The position numbers and the translations under genes were made by a program. A DNA stretch of 64,000 nt from Calditrichia bacterium (GTDB lineage Bacteria; Calditrichota; Calditrichia; RBG-13-44-9; J075): the NCBI GenBank assembly GCA_050633245.1, contig JBOEGD010000011.1, positions 396,985-460,984 of the forward strand, read 5' to 3'. How positions within the stretch are numbered: position 1 is the stretch's first letter; each line of letters starts with the position of its first letter. The notes beneath the pieces were generated by a model. The model saw only the letters and a list, made by a program, of their open reading frames with translations, was not told the origin of the DNA and did not search any database. Shown piece by piece: positions 10,832 through 20,249 of the stretch.

Positions 10832-11989
10832 ATGTTATTTATGGATCAAGATCGCAAATTTATGCAGCGTGCTCTGGAGCTGGCGGTAAAAGGCTCGGGA
10901 CACACTTCACCGAACCCCATGGTCGGCGCCATTATTGTGAAGGATGGCCGGGTAATCGGAGAGGGGTTTCATGAGCGCTATGGTGAGGCTCATGCTGAAA
11001 TTATGGCGATTAACAGCGCAAGCGAACCAATTGTCGGCGCAACAATGTATTGCACTCTCGAGCCTTGTTGTCATTCCATTTCAGATAAAATAACACCGCC
11101 GTGCACGAAGCGATTGTTGGAAGAAAAGTTCTCTCGTATCGTAATTGCCATGCCTGATCCCAATCCACATGTCAGCGGCAAAGGTATTGATATTTTGCGT
11201 GATTCCGGGATAAGGGTCGACGTTGGATTATTACGGCATGAGGCAGAGCAACTCAACGAAGCCTATTGCCATTACATCCAATTCCAGGTTCCGTTCGTTC
11301 ATTTAAAGATGGCAATGTCTCTCGATGGTCGGATCGCCACATCAACGCAACACTCAAAGTGGATTACTGATCTCAGCGCGCGAAGACATGTACATCAGAT
11401 GCGCCATGAACACGCCGCCGTTCTAGTTGGACGCCACACCGTAGAGACAGATGACCCAAAACTGACCGTTAGGGAGGTTACTGGTAAAAACCCTAAACGA
11501 ATTATTCTGGATAGCGGGTTGCGACTTGATGAAAGCAACAATGTGTTTTCCGATGAGCATCGGGATAAGACGATCCTTTTTATCGGCAAACATGCAGATC
11601 CTGGTAAAGTAGCTCGATTGCGCAAACGGGGAGTCCAAATCGAAGTTGCGCCGTTAACAATAGGAAAAATCAGCCTGTCTTTTCTTTTAGAGAGACTGGG
11701 ACAAATGAAATTAAGTTCATTGTTGGTAGAAGGTGGCAGCGAGATTCACACCAGTTTCCTACGCGAGAATTTGTTCGACAAGCTAAGCTGCTTTGTGGCT
11801 CCTCTAATCATCGGAAAAGGGATTGAGGCCGTAGGTGAATTGGGAATTACCGATGTATCTGAGGCATTGCGTTTGTCCAACGTCAACTATCAGCAAATCA
11901 ATGAACAAATCCTGCTAACCGCTTACCGCAATAAAGAAGTTGTCTGGAAGATTCCTTCCAGGGAGGCGACATGTTTACAGGAATTGTAG
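10832..11989 (+). CDS. ribD: Bifunctional riboflavin deaminase/reductase
   Basis: PNPMVG, HAE, TLEPC...PPC, SLDGRIA, DDPKLT, LLVEGG. Confidence 0.97.
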   Translation: MLFMDQDRKFMQRALELAVKGSGHTSPNPMVGAIIVKDGRVIGEGFHERYGEAHAEIMAINSASEPIVGATMYCTLEPCCHSISDKITPPCTKRLLEEKFSRIVIAMPDPNPHVSGKGIDILRDSGIRVDVGLLRHEAEQLNEAYCHYIQFQVPFVHLKMAMSLDGRIATSTQHSKWITDLSARRHVHQMRHEHAAVLVGRHTVETDDPKLTVREVTGKNPKRIILDSGLRLDESNNVFSDEHRDKTILFIGKHADPGKVARLRKRGVQIEVAPLTIGKISLSFLLERLGQMKLSSLLVEGGSEIHTSFLRENLFDKLSCFVAPLIIGKGIEAVGELGITDVSEALRLSNVNYQQINEQILLTAYRNKEVVWKIPSREATCLQEL

Positions 11990-12591
11990 AAGAAGTTGGA
12001 AAAGTAACCGGTATCACCGCTATCGATGGTGGAATTCGTATTACGATTGAAGCCTCGGCAGTATTGGAAGATACCAAACAGGGTGATTCAATAAATGTAA
12101 ATGGCGCCTGCCAAACGGTTATCTCTCAAACCGACACATCTTTTACCGTTGAAGCAGTGGGGGAGACGCTTACAAAGACGAACCTGGGGCAATTGACTGT
12201 AGAACAAACGGTGAACCTGGAACGGCCATTAACCATGTCATCAAGGCTCGGCGGGCACTTCGTGCAGGGGCATGTCAACTGCACCGGAACCATCACTCAA
12301 TGGTTTGCCAGAGGTGACAATTGGTTTCTGCAGGTTGAGTTACCTGTAGAGCTACGGCCCTATACCATTCCCGAAGGATCAATAACAATAGATGGAATTA
12401 GCCTGACAATTGCCGATCTTCAGCAAAACCTGGTCGGTGTGAATATTATACCGCATACGGCTCAACATACGAATCTTGCAAAACGGAACATCGGCGAAAC
12501 GGTAAACATCGAAGTCGATATGATAGCAAAATACATCGAAAACATGATCAAGTATTCAAATAATCTAACCGAGAGCGGGAGTAAACACTAA
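11971..12591 (+). CDS. ribE: Riboflavin synthase (alpha chain)
   Basis: MFTGIVE start, VNLER, GGHFVQGHV, GSITIDGISLT. Confidence 0.97.
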   Translation: MFTGIVEEVGKVTGITAIDGGIRITIEASAVLEDTKQGDSINVNGACQTVISQTDTSFTVEAVGETLTKTNLGQLTVEQTVNLERPLTMSSRLGGHFVQGHVNCTGTITQWFARGDNWFLQVELPVELRPYTIPEGSITIDGISLTIADLQQNLVGVNIIPHTAQHTNLAKRNIGETVNIEVDMIAKYIENMIKYSNNLTESGSKH

Positions 12592-12593
12592 CG

Positions 12594-13850
12594 ATGGTAT
12601 CGAACACCCATACGCCGCAATACGATGAATTCTCGTCTGTGGCTGAGCTGATTGAAGCATATAAAAGAGGAGAAGTTCTTATCCTCGTTGACGATGAAGA
12701 TCGAGAAAATGAAGGCGATTTTATTGTTGCTTCGGAACATGCGACACCGGAAGCGATAAATTTTATGGCAAAAGAGGGCAGAGGGCTAATCTGTGTCAGT
12801 ATCACTGAAAAACGTGCAGCAGCGCTGGATCTTAGCCCAATGTCGCAGGAAAATACGGCCTTGCTGGGAACGCCTTTTACAATGAGCGTCGATGCTATTG
12901 AAAATACGACTACCGGAATTTCTGCATTTGATCGCGCGATAACAATTTCAAAAATGATTGCTGCGGACACCTCGCCAACTGAGTTGGCCCGGCCCGGACA
13001 TGTATTTCCGCTGGTGGCAGATTCGAATGGGGTTTTGGCTCGGCCCGGACATACCGAGGCTGTTGTCGATCTTGCCAAGCTCTCCAACCTGAATCCATCA
13101 GGCGTTTTGTGCGAGATTTTGTCTGAGGATGGTACGATGGCGAGATTGCCCGAACTGCATCGCATTGCCCAAAAGCACGGTCTCAAGATCGGACATATTA
13201 AAGACATAATCAGCTATCGTCAGTCAAATGAAAAGTTGATTGAGCTGGAATCACGTGTTGATCTTCCAACAAAGCACGGGAATTTCGAGCTGCTCTTATT
13301 CCGCAGCCTGGTCGATCCGGACGAAACACATTTGGCCTTACTAAAGGATGGATGGAAGGAAAGTGACAGTGTTCTAACGCGAATTCATTCCGAATGCCTT
13401 ACCGGTGATGTTTTTGGCTCCGGGAGGTGCGACTGTGGTCAGCAGCTGGAAACGGCAATGAAGGCCATCCATGACAATGGCTCCGGCATTATTCTCTACA
13501 TGCACCAGGAAGGCCGTGGAATTGGTCTTGCCGAGAAGCTCAAGGCCTATGCACTACAGGAGCAGGGCATCGATACAGTCGATGCGAATTTAAAATTGGG
13601 TTTTGCCGCTGATGCTCGCGAATACTGGTTTGCTGTACAAATCCTGCGTCATTTGGGAGTTCGATCGGTCGATCTGATCACAAATAATCCCGAAAAAATT
13701 AATCAGCTTGAAAAGCAGCACATTCACGTTGCTTCGCGTGTTCCAAGTCTTGTTGAAGCAGGTATGAACAACGTCGAGTATTTGCGAACGAAACAATCGC
13801 GTATGGGACATCTATTAAATGGGTTGGCAACAAAAACTCGTTCGAGCTAG
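12594..13850 (+). CDS. ribBA: DHBP synthase / GTP cyclohydrolase II
   Basis: [50 protein letters not shown]. Confidence 0.97.
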   Translation: MVSNTHTPQYDEFSSVAELIEAYKRGEVLILVDDEDRENEGDFIVASEHATPEAINFMAKEGRGLICVSITEKRAAALDLSPMSQENTALLGTPFTMSVDAIENTTTGISAFDRAITISKMIAADTSPTELARPGHVFPLVADSNGVLARPGHTEAVVDLAKLSNLNPSGVLCEILSEDGTMARLPELHRIAQKHGLKIGHIKDIISYRQSNEKLIELESRVDLPTKHGNFELLLFRSLVDPDETHLALLKDGWKESDSVLTRIHSECLTGDVFGSGRCDCGQQLETAMKAIHDNGSGIILYMHQEGRGIGLAEKLKAYALQEQGIDTVDANLKLGFAADAREYWFAVQILRHLGVRSVDLITNNPEKINQLEKQHIHVASRVPSLVEAGMNNVEYLRTKQSRMGHLLNGLATKTRSS

Positions 13851-13921
13851 CATGTTCATGCTACCAAATTAGTAGCTGGAATTGTATATCAAATAAAACT
13901 ATACTGCTGTCAGGAGGAAGA

Positions 13922-14386
13922 ATGACTACCTTGCTTCAGGGGAACTTGCAAGCGGAAGGAATAAAGAGCGCAATTATTGTTGGCCGATTTAATCAATTTG
14001 TCTGCAAAAGCCTGCTTGAAGGGGCACTGGATTGTCTGGAAAGACATGGTGCCAACCGAAGTGAACAGCTGGTGACTTGGGTGCCCGGCGCATTCGAAAT
14101 TCCTCTTGCAGCAAAAGTGATTGCGCAAAGACGAAAACCGGATGCGATCATTTGTCTTGGAGCGGTAATTCGTGGTTCTACGCCTCACTTTGACTACGTT
14201 GCCGGAACCTCTGCAAGTGGTGTCGCTAATATTTCTTTGGATTTGTCAATTCCGGTTGCAAATGGTATTATTACAACCGACACCATTGAACAAGCAATTG
14301 AGCGCTCCGGTACAAAAGCAGGGAACAAGGGATGGGATGCAGCGTTAAGTGCAATAGAGATGGTGAATCTAATAAAACAGCTGTAA
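13922..14386 (+). CDS. ribH: 6,7-dimethyl-8-ribityllumazine synthase
   Basis: [31 protein letters not shown]. Confidence 0.98.
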   Translation: MTTLLQGNLQAEGIKSAIIVGRFNQFVCKSLLEGALDCLERHGANRSEQLVTWVPGAFEIPLAAKVIAQRRKPDAIICLGAVIRGSTPHFDYVAGTSASGVANISLDLSIPVANGIITTDTIEQAIERSGTKAGNKGWDAALSAIEMVNLIKQL

Positions 14387-14438
14387 ACGCATTAATAAAC
14401 TGCTGTTTACAGGATGTGAAACAAAATCAGGAACACAC

Positions 14439-16829
14439 ATGAATCGCTTTGTTGTTGCTATTTTATCCGGCATGCTTTTATTAAGCAGTTTGCAAGCTCA
14501 GGATATCCGCTTTCAAATAGATGTAATTACCCATATGAATACCGCAAATGAGTTGCTGGTTAAAGACAATACGTTCTATGCCGCCACAAGCGGAGGACTT
14601 CTAATTCGCAATGCCGATGGCAGTGAAGAGATATACAACGTGACGAACGATCTCTACGACCATCGTTTGGCAGCCATTGATATTAGTGAACGGAATATTG
14701 TTGCGGTGGGGTCGCCATTCGGCAATATATCCTTTATAGATCGCAATGATGGTTCAGTCTTCAACGACCAGAACCTTCTCGACAATGAAATCGTTGATTT
14801 CGAGATGGTTCAGGACACGCTTTGGGTTTTGACAACCCAGTTTGTGTCAGTTTATCTGTTTAGCGAGTCGCTTCAACGTTTCCAGTTTCGCGAATCTTAC
14901 CAGCAATTTAACACAACAATAGGCCGGTTTAGCAGCCTGGAATACCAGAACAACCGCATTTGGCTGGGCAGCGATGTCGGGTTAATTAGTGCATCGGCAA
15001 ATTTTCTTGAAGTGAACCTGTATTCCGGCGGTAACTGGCAAGTGTTGACACAGGTCGATGGTCTGCCCTCGAACCAGGTTTATGACATCAATATATATAA
15101 CAATAATCTTATTCTGGCAACACCAGGTGGATTAGTGTTGTTCGATGGAAATGGATTTCAAACGGTTGTTGCCGGAGACTATCGCCATATCACACAGTCT
15201 TCCTCAGGCACCTATGTTACAACGAGACGTGAAGTTTTTGAATTCGATGGCTCGCAGTTAACCAGAAGAAATTCTATAGGCTGGGCAGATATCTCGGATA
15301 TCGTAATCGACGGAGACAATAATGTTTGGATTGGCACACAAAAAAGAGGTATTCGCAATCTTACCTCCGGTGAAAAGATATACATTGATGGCCCCCTTGA
15401 TAATTATATAGGTGAAATATTAATCGACTCTTCCGAGCGTATTTGGTGTACAACCGGTCTACCAAAGGACGAGCGTCGACAGGGAATATTTGTGAATACC
15501 GGGGAAGAATGGAAAAACTTTGTATTCAGCGGTGGAACGGATAATCGCTACATACATTTAAATTCTTCCTTAGCATTGATGGAAGATGCCGGCGGAAATG
15601 TCTGGAGTGGGGCATGGGGCGGCGGCATTGTTGTCTTCGGCGAAAATGAAGACTTCACCATTCTAAATACTCTTATCGATCCGGGAATAGTTTGGATTCG
15701 CTCTGCAACAGGCGATGATTCGGTTGCTGTTTCTACGCCGACTGAATTACGTTCGCTATTATCACCGGTCTCTGTTAACCCGTACTATACGGTTGTTACT
15801 GATATTCTACTCGATTCCAACACAGAGTCTGTCTGGATCATGAATTCTGCGGCCGGAAGTAACCGTTCGCTGGTGAGATATCGCGGCACTGAGTTTAGTC
15901 AGGATGCTTTTAATGCTGCCAACTGGGAATCTTATTCTAATCCATTTGGCATTCGCGAGTGGTTTGAAATGACTGTCGATGTTTTTGGTGACTTCTGGAT
16001 TGCCTCTTCCTACGATGATGGGAGTATCGGCGTAGCTCAAGCCAGGCTGGGCGAGAACAATCTGTTCCAAACAGCATCATACACCGAAAGCGCAGATAAC
16101 CTGAAAAGCAATGCAACATCTTCAATTGCCTCTGATGGAGATGGTTATGTTTGGGTAGGTACACGATCTGGATTAAGCGCAATTCTTGGTGGCAATGTCT
16201 TCGACTTTCGAGACACCTATCAGCCTCTCGGGTTTCAAATCAATGATGTCTTTGTTGATACCGAGAACAACAAGTGGTTTGCAACAGATCGTGGTATTAG
16301 CATACTTAAAGGTTCGGGCTCGCCATTCTCTGAGGATAGTTGGATTCATATAATTCCCAAGAACAGTAGTGTTGACGCGGATATTATTTCCAGTCGCAAG
16401 AATTTGTTTATAGAAAACCTGCCGTCAGAAAATGTTCACAGCGTAACGCTTAATGAAAAAACGGGTGATATCTATATAGGTACAGACGCCGGAATTGCAA
16501 TCCTTCGCAGTAACCCATTTTCTTCACCTTTCGAAAATTTTGACCTTACTCGAGTAGGACCAAATCCATTCCTGATCGATGGAGCTGAAAACCGAGCCCT
16601 TAGCTTTTATAATCTGGCTCCGGGCAGCGAAGTGCGCATTCTATCGGTAAACGGACAGCTTATTCGCACGTTAGATAGAACTGATTTTAGCGAAATTCAG
16701 GGAAATTCGGCGATCTGGAACGGTCGGAATGAAGAAGGCAGAGTCGTTGCATCGGGTGTCTATCTTTATTTAATTACCACCGATGGCGGGCAACAAACCT
16801 CAGGCAAAATTATGGTTGTGCAGGAATAG
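14439..16829 (+). CDS. Secreted beta-propeller protein (two-component-regulator propeller repeats), PorZ-like, with C-terminal FlgD-Ig/T9SS-like sorting domain
   Basis: Signal peptide; repeats such as GLPSNQV, VWVGTRSGL, NNKWFATDRGI, GDIYIGTDAGI; C-terminal GPNPF...WNGRNEEGRVVASGVYLY...GKIMVV. Confidence 0.75.
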   Translation: MNRFVVAILSGMLLLSSLQAQDIRFQIDVITHMNTANELLVKDNTFYAATSGGLLIRNADGSEEIYNVTNDLYDHRLAAIDISERNIVAVGSPFGNISFIDRNDGSVFNDQNLLDNEIVDFEMVQDTLWVLTTQFVSVYLFSESLQRFQFRESYQQFNTTIGRFSSLEYQNNRIWLGSDVGLISASANFLEVNLYSGGNWQVLTQVDGLPSNQVYDINIYNNNLILATPGGLVLFDGNGFQTVVAGDYRHITQSSSGTYVTTRREVFEFDGSQLTRRNSIGWADISDIVIDGDNNVWIGTQKRGIRNLTSGEKIYIDGPLDNYIGEILIDSSERIWCTTGLPKDERRQGIFVNTGEEWKNFVFSGGTDNRYIHLNSSLALMEDAGGNVWSGAWGGGIVVFGENEDFTILNTLIDPGIVWIRSATGDDSVAVSTPTELRSLLSPVSVNPYYTVVTDILLDSNTESVWIMNSAAGSNRSLVRYRGTEFSQDAFNAANWESYSNPFGIREWFEMTVDVFGDFWIASSYDDGSIGVAQARLGENNLFQTASYTESADNLKSNATSSIASDGDGYVWVGTRSGLSAILGGNVFDFRDTYQPLGFQINDVFVDTENNKWFATDRGISILKGSGSPFSEDSWIHIIPKNSSVDADIISSRKNLFIENLPSENVHSVTLNEKTGDIYIGTDAGIAILRSNPFSSPFENFDLTRVGPNPFLIDGAENRALSFYNLAPGSEVRILSVNGQLIRTLDRTDFSEIQGNSAIWNGRNEEGRVVASGVYLYLITTDGGQQTSGKIMVVQE

Positions 16830-16916
16830 CACAGAGGCTATCTTATAGCAGTTCAATTGTAGTGAATAAGGCTTGCAGCCATAACTTGGCTGCACGAGAC
16901 AATCCAGGACGGGTTT

Positions 16917-17882
16917 ATGCGCTTCAGACCATCACTTCTGCTAATCGTGATTATTTTTGTTGGCTATCTATGTGCACTCGGGTACATCTACCTTTCCAGT
17001 ACTCAAAGCAATAGCGTCTCCGAGTCGGTGAATGCACGTGAAATGCTAAAGCCGGACACAACACTCCATGCAATGGTTATCGAAGCATACGAACGGCGCG
17101 ACTATAAAGAAGTCAAGCGTCTTACCAGAATGCTCAGCGAAAGCTACCCGGACTCGGATGCAGCCAGAGATGCCAAGCGTCTTGTCGCTGATATTGAGAG
17201 TCGTCAATCCGGCAATTTTCGAAACAATGAGGGAAGTGCTCAAGCCTCGAACTCACTAAAAAGCAAACAATCTTCCACCAGCACCAAGCCTGCGCAAAAG
17301 CGACGAGTCGCTAACACTTCGACTAGAACGAGAAGCAGCAAACCTCCGCAGTCGGAAGCTCTTAAGGATGCCCAGCGACTATTGGCACTTAAGAAAATGC
17401 GGATTGTTCGTGATGAGGATCAGGGAATAACCTGGTATTACAATAAACACATCTCACATTTCGTTTATAAAAACAGTCTCGAGAGCTATATCGGTCAGAG
17501 TGATAATGGCAATGTCTGGCTAAGAATGCGTATTTACTATTCCGGCGAGAAACCATTGAATATACAAGGTTATGAGATCTATGCTGATGACCGAATTTAT
17601 CCCATAAAAACGAAGTATGGAACGCTTGAGAAAGGGAGTGGGCCAGGTGGTGCATGGGAGTGGTTCGACATGCAGGTTCACACTAAAGACCTTGAGGTTC
17701 TCAAAGCAGCCATGACAGCAAACCGAGCTGCCGTTCGTTATATTGGCGGGGAAGAAAGTTCCGATCGAGTTTTGCCTGAAGGCGAAAAGTCGCGTCTTCT
17801 CAACATTATTAAGGCACTTGAAGTTCTCTCCTCTGGTACGGGGCAGCGCTACTTTGCTGGCAATGCACCTCGCCCGCAGTAA
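16917..17882 (+). CDS. Membrane-anchored hypothetical protein with a TPR-like helix pair and an uncharacterised C-terminal domain
   Basis: N-terminal hydrophobic anchor, AYERRDY...YPDS...AK motif, S/T/K-rich linker; long ORF with RBS-like AGGA. Confidence 0.7.
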   Translation: MRFRPSLLLIVIIFVGYLCALGYIYLSSTQSNSVSESVNAREMLKPDTTLHAMVIEAYERRDYKEVKRLTRMLSESYPDSDAARDAKRLVADIESRQSGNFRNNEGSAQASNSLKSKQSSTSTKPAQKRRVANTSTRTRSSKPPQSEALKDAQRLLALKKMRIVRDEDQGITWYYNKHISHFVYKNSLESYIGQSDNGNVWLRMRIYYSGEKPLNIQGYEIYADDRIYPIKTKYGTLEKGSGPGGAWEWFDMQVHTKDLEVLKAAMTANRAAVRYIGGEESSDRVLPEGEKSRLLNIIKALEVLSSGTGQRYFAGNAPRPQ

Positions 17883-17886
17883 ACCA

Positions 17887-19080
17887 TTACCCCAACTTTA
17901 GGTCTACAACAATCGGATCATGGTCAGAAAGCCGCTTGTTGTTCCACATTGGCTTTTCAATGCCTATCGGTTTTACCACTCGACCTGCCGTTGACGACGA
18001 AAATCCCCGGCCTGCCAACCAATCCAATCTAAAAGGTACCTCGCCGCCATAAGGTTCCAGAATTTCGCGAAGCCAATTATGGATAAAACTCGGAGCCCAC
18101 TTCCGCGTTTTAATGCTTGCTGCAGCCTCACCAAGATTGTAATACAACGTGCCAAAGCGACGATCGTTAAAATCTGCGACGTTAAAGCCATATTGACGAA
18201 ACACCTCGAAAACCGGTCGTTCAAAATATCGATCCGGTTGCATATACTGTACAATTGTTTCCGGAACGCCAACATAAAGTAACTTGTAAAGAAAGCTCAT
18301 TAGCAGCCAGAATTTATTGTGCAAGTTATAGGTGTGCGTGTTCAGATCGCCACCGAAAACCTGAGCAGAGGAACCGGATGCAAGCATTGGCCGAAGCATC
18401 GCCGCCAGTTGCTGCGCACGTTGCAGTGGGGATGTTTTAAGCTCAAGATGAGCAGTTGCAAAATCAATCAGTTTACCTCCGATTTCAACACTACAAATCA
18501 AACCGCGTCTTTGGCCAAGTCGCTGTTCAGAGCTTCGCATGTAATCGCGCAAGCTTGGCAATATCGGCGTTTCGACGCTGCGAATCGGATAACGCGTTAG
18601 AATTGCGGAGCCGTGCAGTGCCAGAGTGTTGTCTTCATCATGGTCCTGCTCCCCTTCGTCTCCTTTGGCGAGCACCAGAAATGAATTGCCATAGCAATAG
18701 TTGTAGCCCAGTGCTTCCGCCATTTCTTTGGGAACATTTCTATTACCACTTCGACCCATTCCAATATCAGCTTCTGTAATCAACAGGACATCGGCATCTT
18801 GTAAAATGAGGTCATTCGCAAGAAAAGAAATGATGCCATCAAGCTCACGACCACGTTCAATATTCCATGCCGCTATGCGTAGCTCACCATCATTTTTCTT
18901 GTTTACATAAGTATTCGAAAACTCTATTCCTGATGTAACGCGCTTAATTTCGTCACCATGTTCTTTAAATACTTCAGACTTGCCGAAAGCTTTACTGCTT
19001 TTGTGCTGTTTTACATCTTTGAATATTGAGTTTAGTTCATGTCTGAGTTCAGATGATGGGGCTTCCAGACTGCGTCTCAT
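17887..19080 (-). CDS. Endonuclease/exonuclease/phosphatase (EEP) family protein
   Basis: AWNIERG, LLITEAD, GGDLNT, RLDW, SDHDPI motifs. Confidence 0.88.
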   Translation of the reverse strand: MRRSLEAPSSELRHELNSIFKDVKQHKSSKAFGKSEVFKEHGDEIKRVTSGIEFSNTYVNKKNDGELRIAAWNIERGRELDGIISFLANDLILQDADVLLITEADIGMGRSGNRNVPKEMAEALGYNYCYGNSFLVLAKGDEGEQDHDEDNTLALHGSAILTRYPIRSVETPILPSLRDYMRSSEQRLGQRRGLICSVEIGGKLIDFATAHLELKTSPLQRAQQLAAMLRPMLASGSSAQVFGGDLNTHTYNLHNKFWLLMSFLYKLLYVGVPETIVQYMQPDRYFERPVFEVFRQYGFNVADFNDRRFGTLYYNLGEAAASIKTRKWAPSFIHNWLREILEPYGGEVPFRLDWLAGRGFSSSTAGRVVKPIGIEKPMWNNKRLSDHDPIVVDLKLG

Positions 19081-19339
19081 GTAAGAAATTCTCCTGTAAC
19101 AATCTTAATACGTGATGCAAATTCAGAGCATTAAAATAATTATGAAGGCTGCTGTTTGCAACCATTAGTACTGGGTTATTTTACCTGAACAACTTATGTT
19201 TAAATATTCTGGAAATGTAGCAGGAATCACCTCCAACGCCTACTTTACTTTCCATTATATAGGACAGTTTTAACAAAATTTTCGGTGTGACCTATAGATA
19301 TTATGCTAAAAAAACACTACGCGTCGCAATCACATAAAG

Positions 19340-19765
19340 ATGCAAAAAATCATGTCATTTTCAAGACGGAGTCCACAACGTATGCTGCTAAAGGTTTCCA
19401 AACAAAAGTTAGGTTTTTTACAAAAGGCCAAGTTGAGTAATTCGTTGCTATTGGGAGAGAATACCTCACATTATACCAAGGGGCTTTCTGCGGTAGAAAT
19501 GCAGCAACTGAGAGACTATTTTGAACAACAAATCTTATATTATTCTTCCAAACAAGACAGGAAAAAACTTGTTATACAAGACTTGAAAGAGGCGATTGGC
19601 CCGGTCCCGAATTACTATCACAAACAAGATTGTCGTGAACCGATCGAGGCCTGTTTAAACGAAACATGTATCGCATCTTATCCGCCATGCTTTTCCAGAA
19701 AGATGGAGGGGCAGATTAATGCATTAGCCAAAATCCTGCGACCATATATCGCAAAAAATGATTAA
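19340..19765 (+). CDS. Hypothetical protein with a C-x6-C-x4-C-x6-C cluster
   Basis: 141-aa ORF co-oriented with the downstream genes; no family recognised; start uncertain. Confidence 0.55.
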   Translation: MQKIMSFSRRSPQRMLLKVSKQKLGFLQKAKLSNSLLLGENTSHYTKGLSAVEMQQLRDYFEQQILYYSSKQDRKKLVIQDLKEAIGPVPNYYHKQDCREPIEACLNETCIASYPPCFSRKMEGQINALAKILRPYIAKND

Positions 19766-19805
19766 GCAAACACCGTTACCGGCACTGAGACAAAGGATAT
19801 AGTAA

Positions 19806-20249
19806 ATGTCGCTATTCAAAAAAAAGAAAAAAGAAGAGCCCGTATCAAATCGGCCTGTAAAAAGAGAGCATCCAATTGGAGCTTCGCACAAGGTGATTCT
19901 CAATTCAAAACGCCTTATCCCCATCGTGATTCAAAACTTTCTCTCACGCGAGGTATTACAATTAGCCTATATGGATCGCTGGGCATTAGATGTAAGCATG
20001 GCTGAAAATAGACTCCACGTTTTTAGCCGTTCGCGCCAAAAACAAACTCTTTTTGGCGAGGACAAAGGTCTTGAATATGAAATTAAATCCGTTAAATTAG
20101 ACAATACAAAACGCTCGCTCCTCTTCGAAGTTCTGCCCTCTGAGCAGCCCCATCCGGAGAGTCGATTTTCATTTACCGTATTTCCGTCAGTAAACAGCAA
20201 TGGTGAGACCGATGAAGATTTCCAAAATTCTGATAGCGAATCGTGGTGA
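19806..20249 (+). CDS. HisI (PR-AMP cyclohydrolase)-like protein lacking the catalytic residues
   Basis: LIPIVIQ...EVLQLAYMD...FSRSRQ...G...IKSVKLD..RSLLFEV aligns by eye to HisI, but the DCDxD and CHTGxxSC motifs are absent; RBS AAGGA. Confidence 0.65.
   Translation: MSLFKKKKKEEPVSNRPVKREHPIGASHKVILNSKRLIPIVIQNFLSREVLQLAYMDRWALDVSMAENRLHVFSRSRQKQTLFGEDKGLEYEIKSVKLDNTKRSLLFEVLPSEQPHPESRFSFTVFPSVNSNGETDEDFQNSDSESW

Noticed and set aside
12548-13207. 219-aa minus-strand ORF
   Set aside because: Antisense shadow of ribBA
19270-19298. Second sigma28-like promoter (TAAC-N15-ACCTATAG) upstream of the 4-Cys gene
   Set aside because: Spacing fits but there are too many mismatches to support it
19806-20249. 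Functional hisI
   Set aside because: Metal-binding Asp and Cys motifs are absent, so no gene symbol was given
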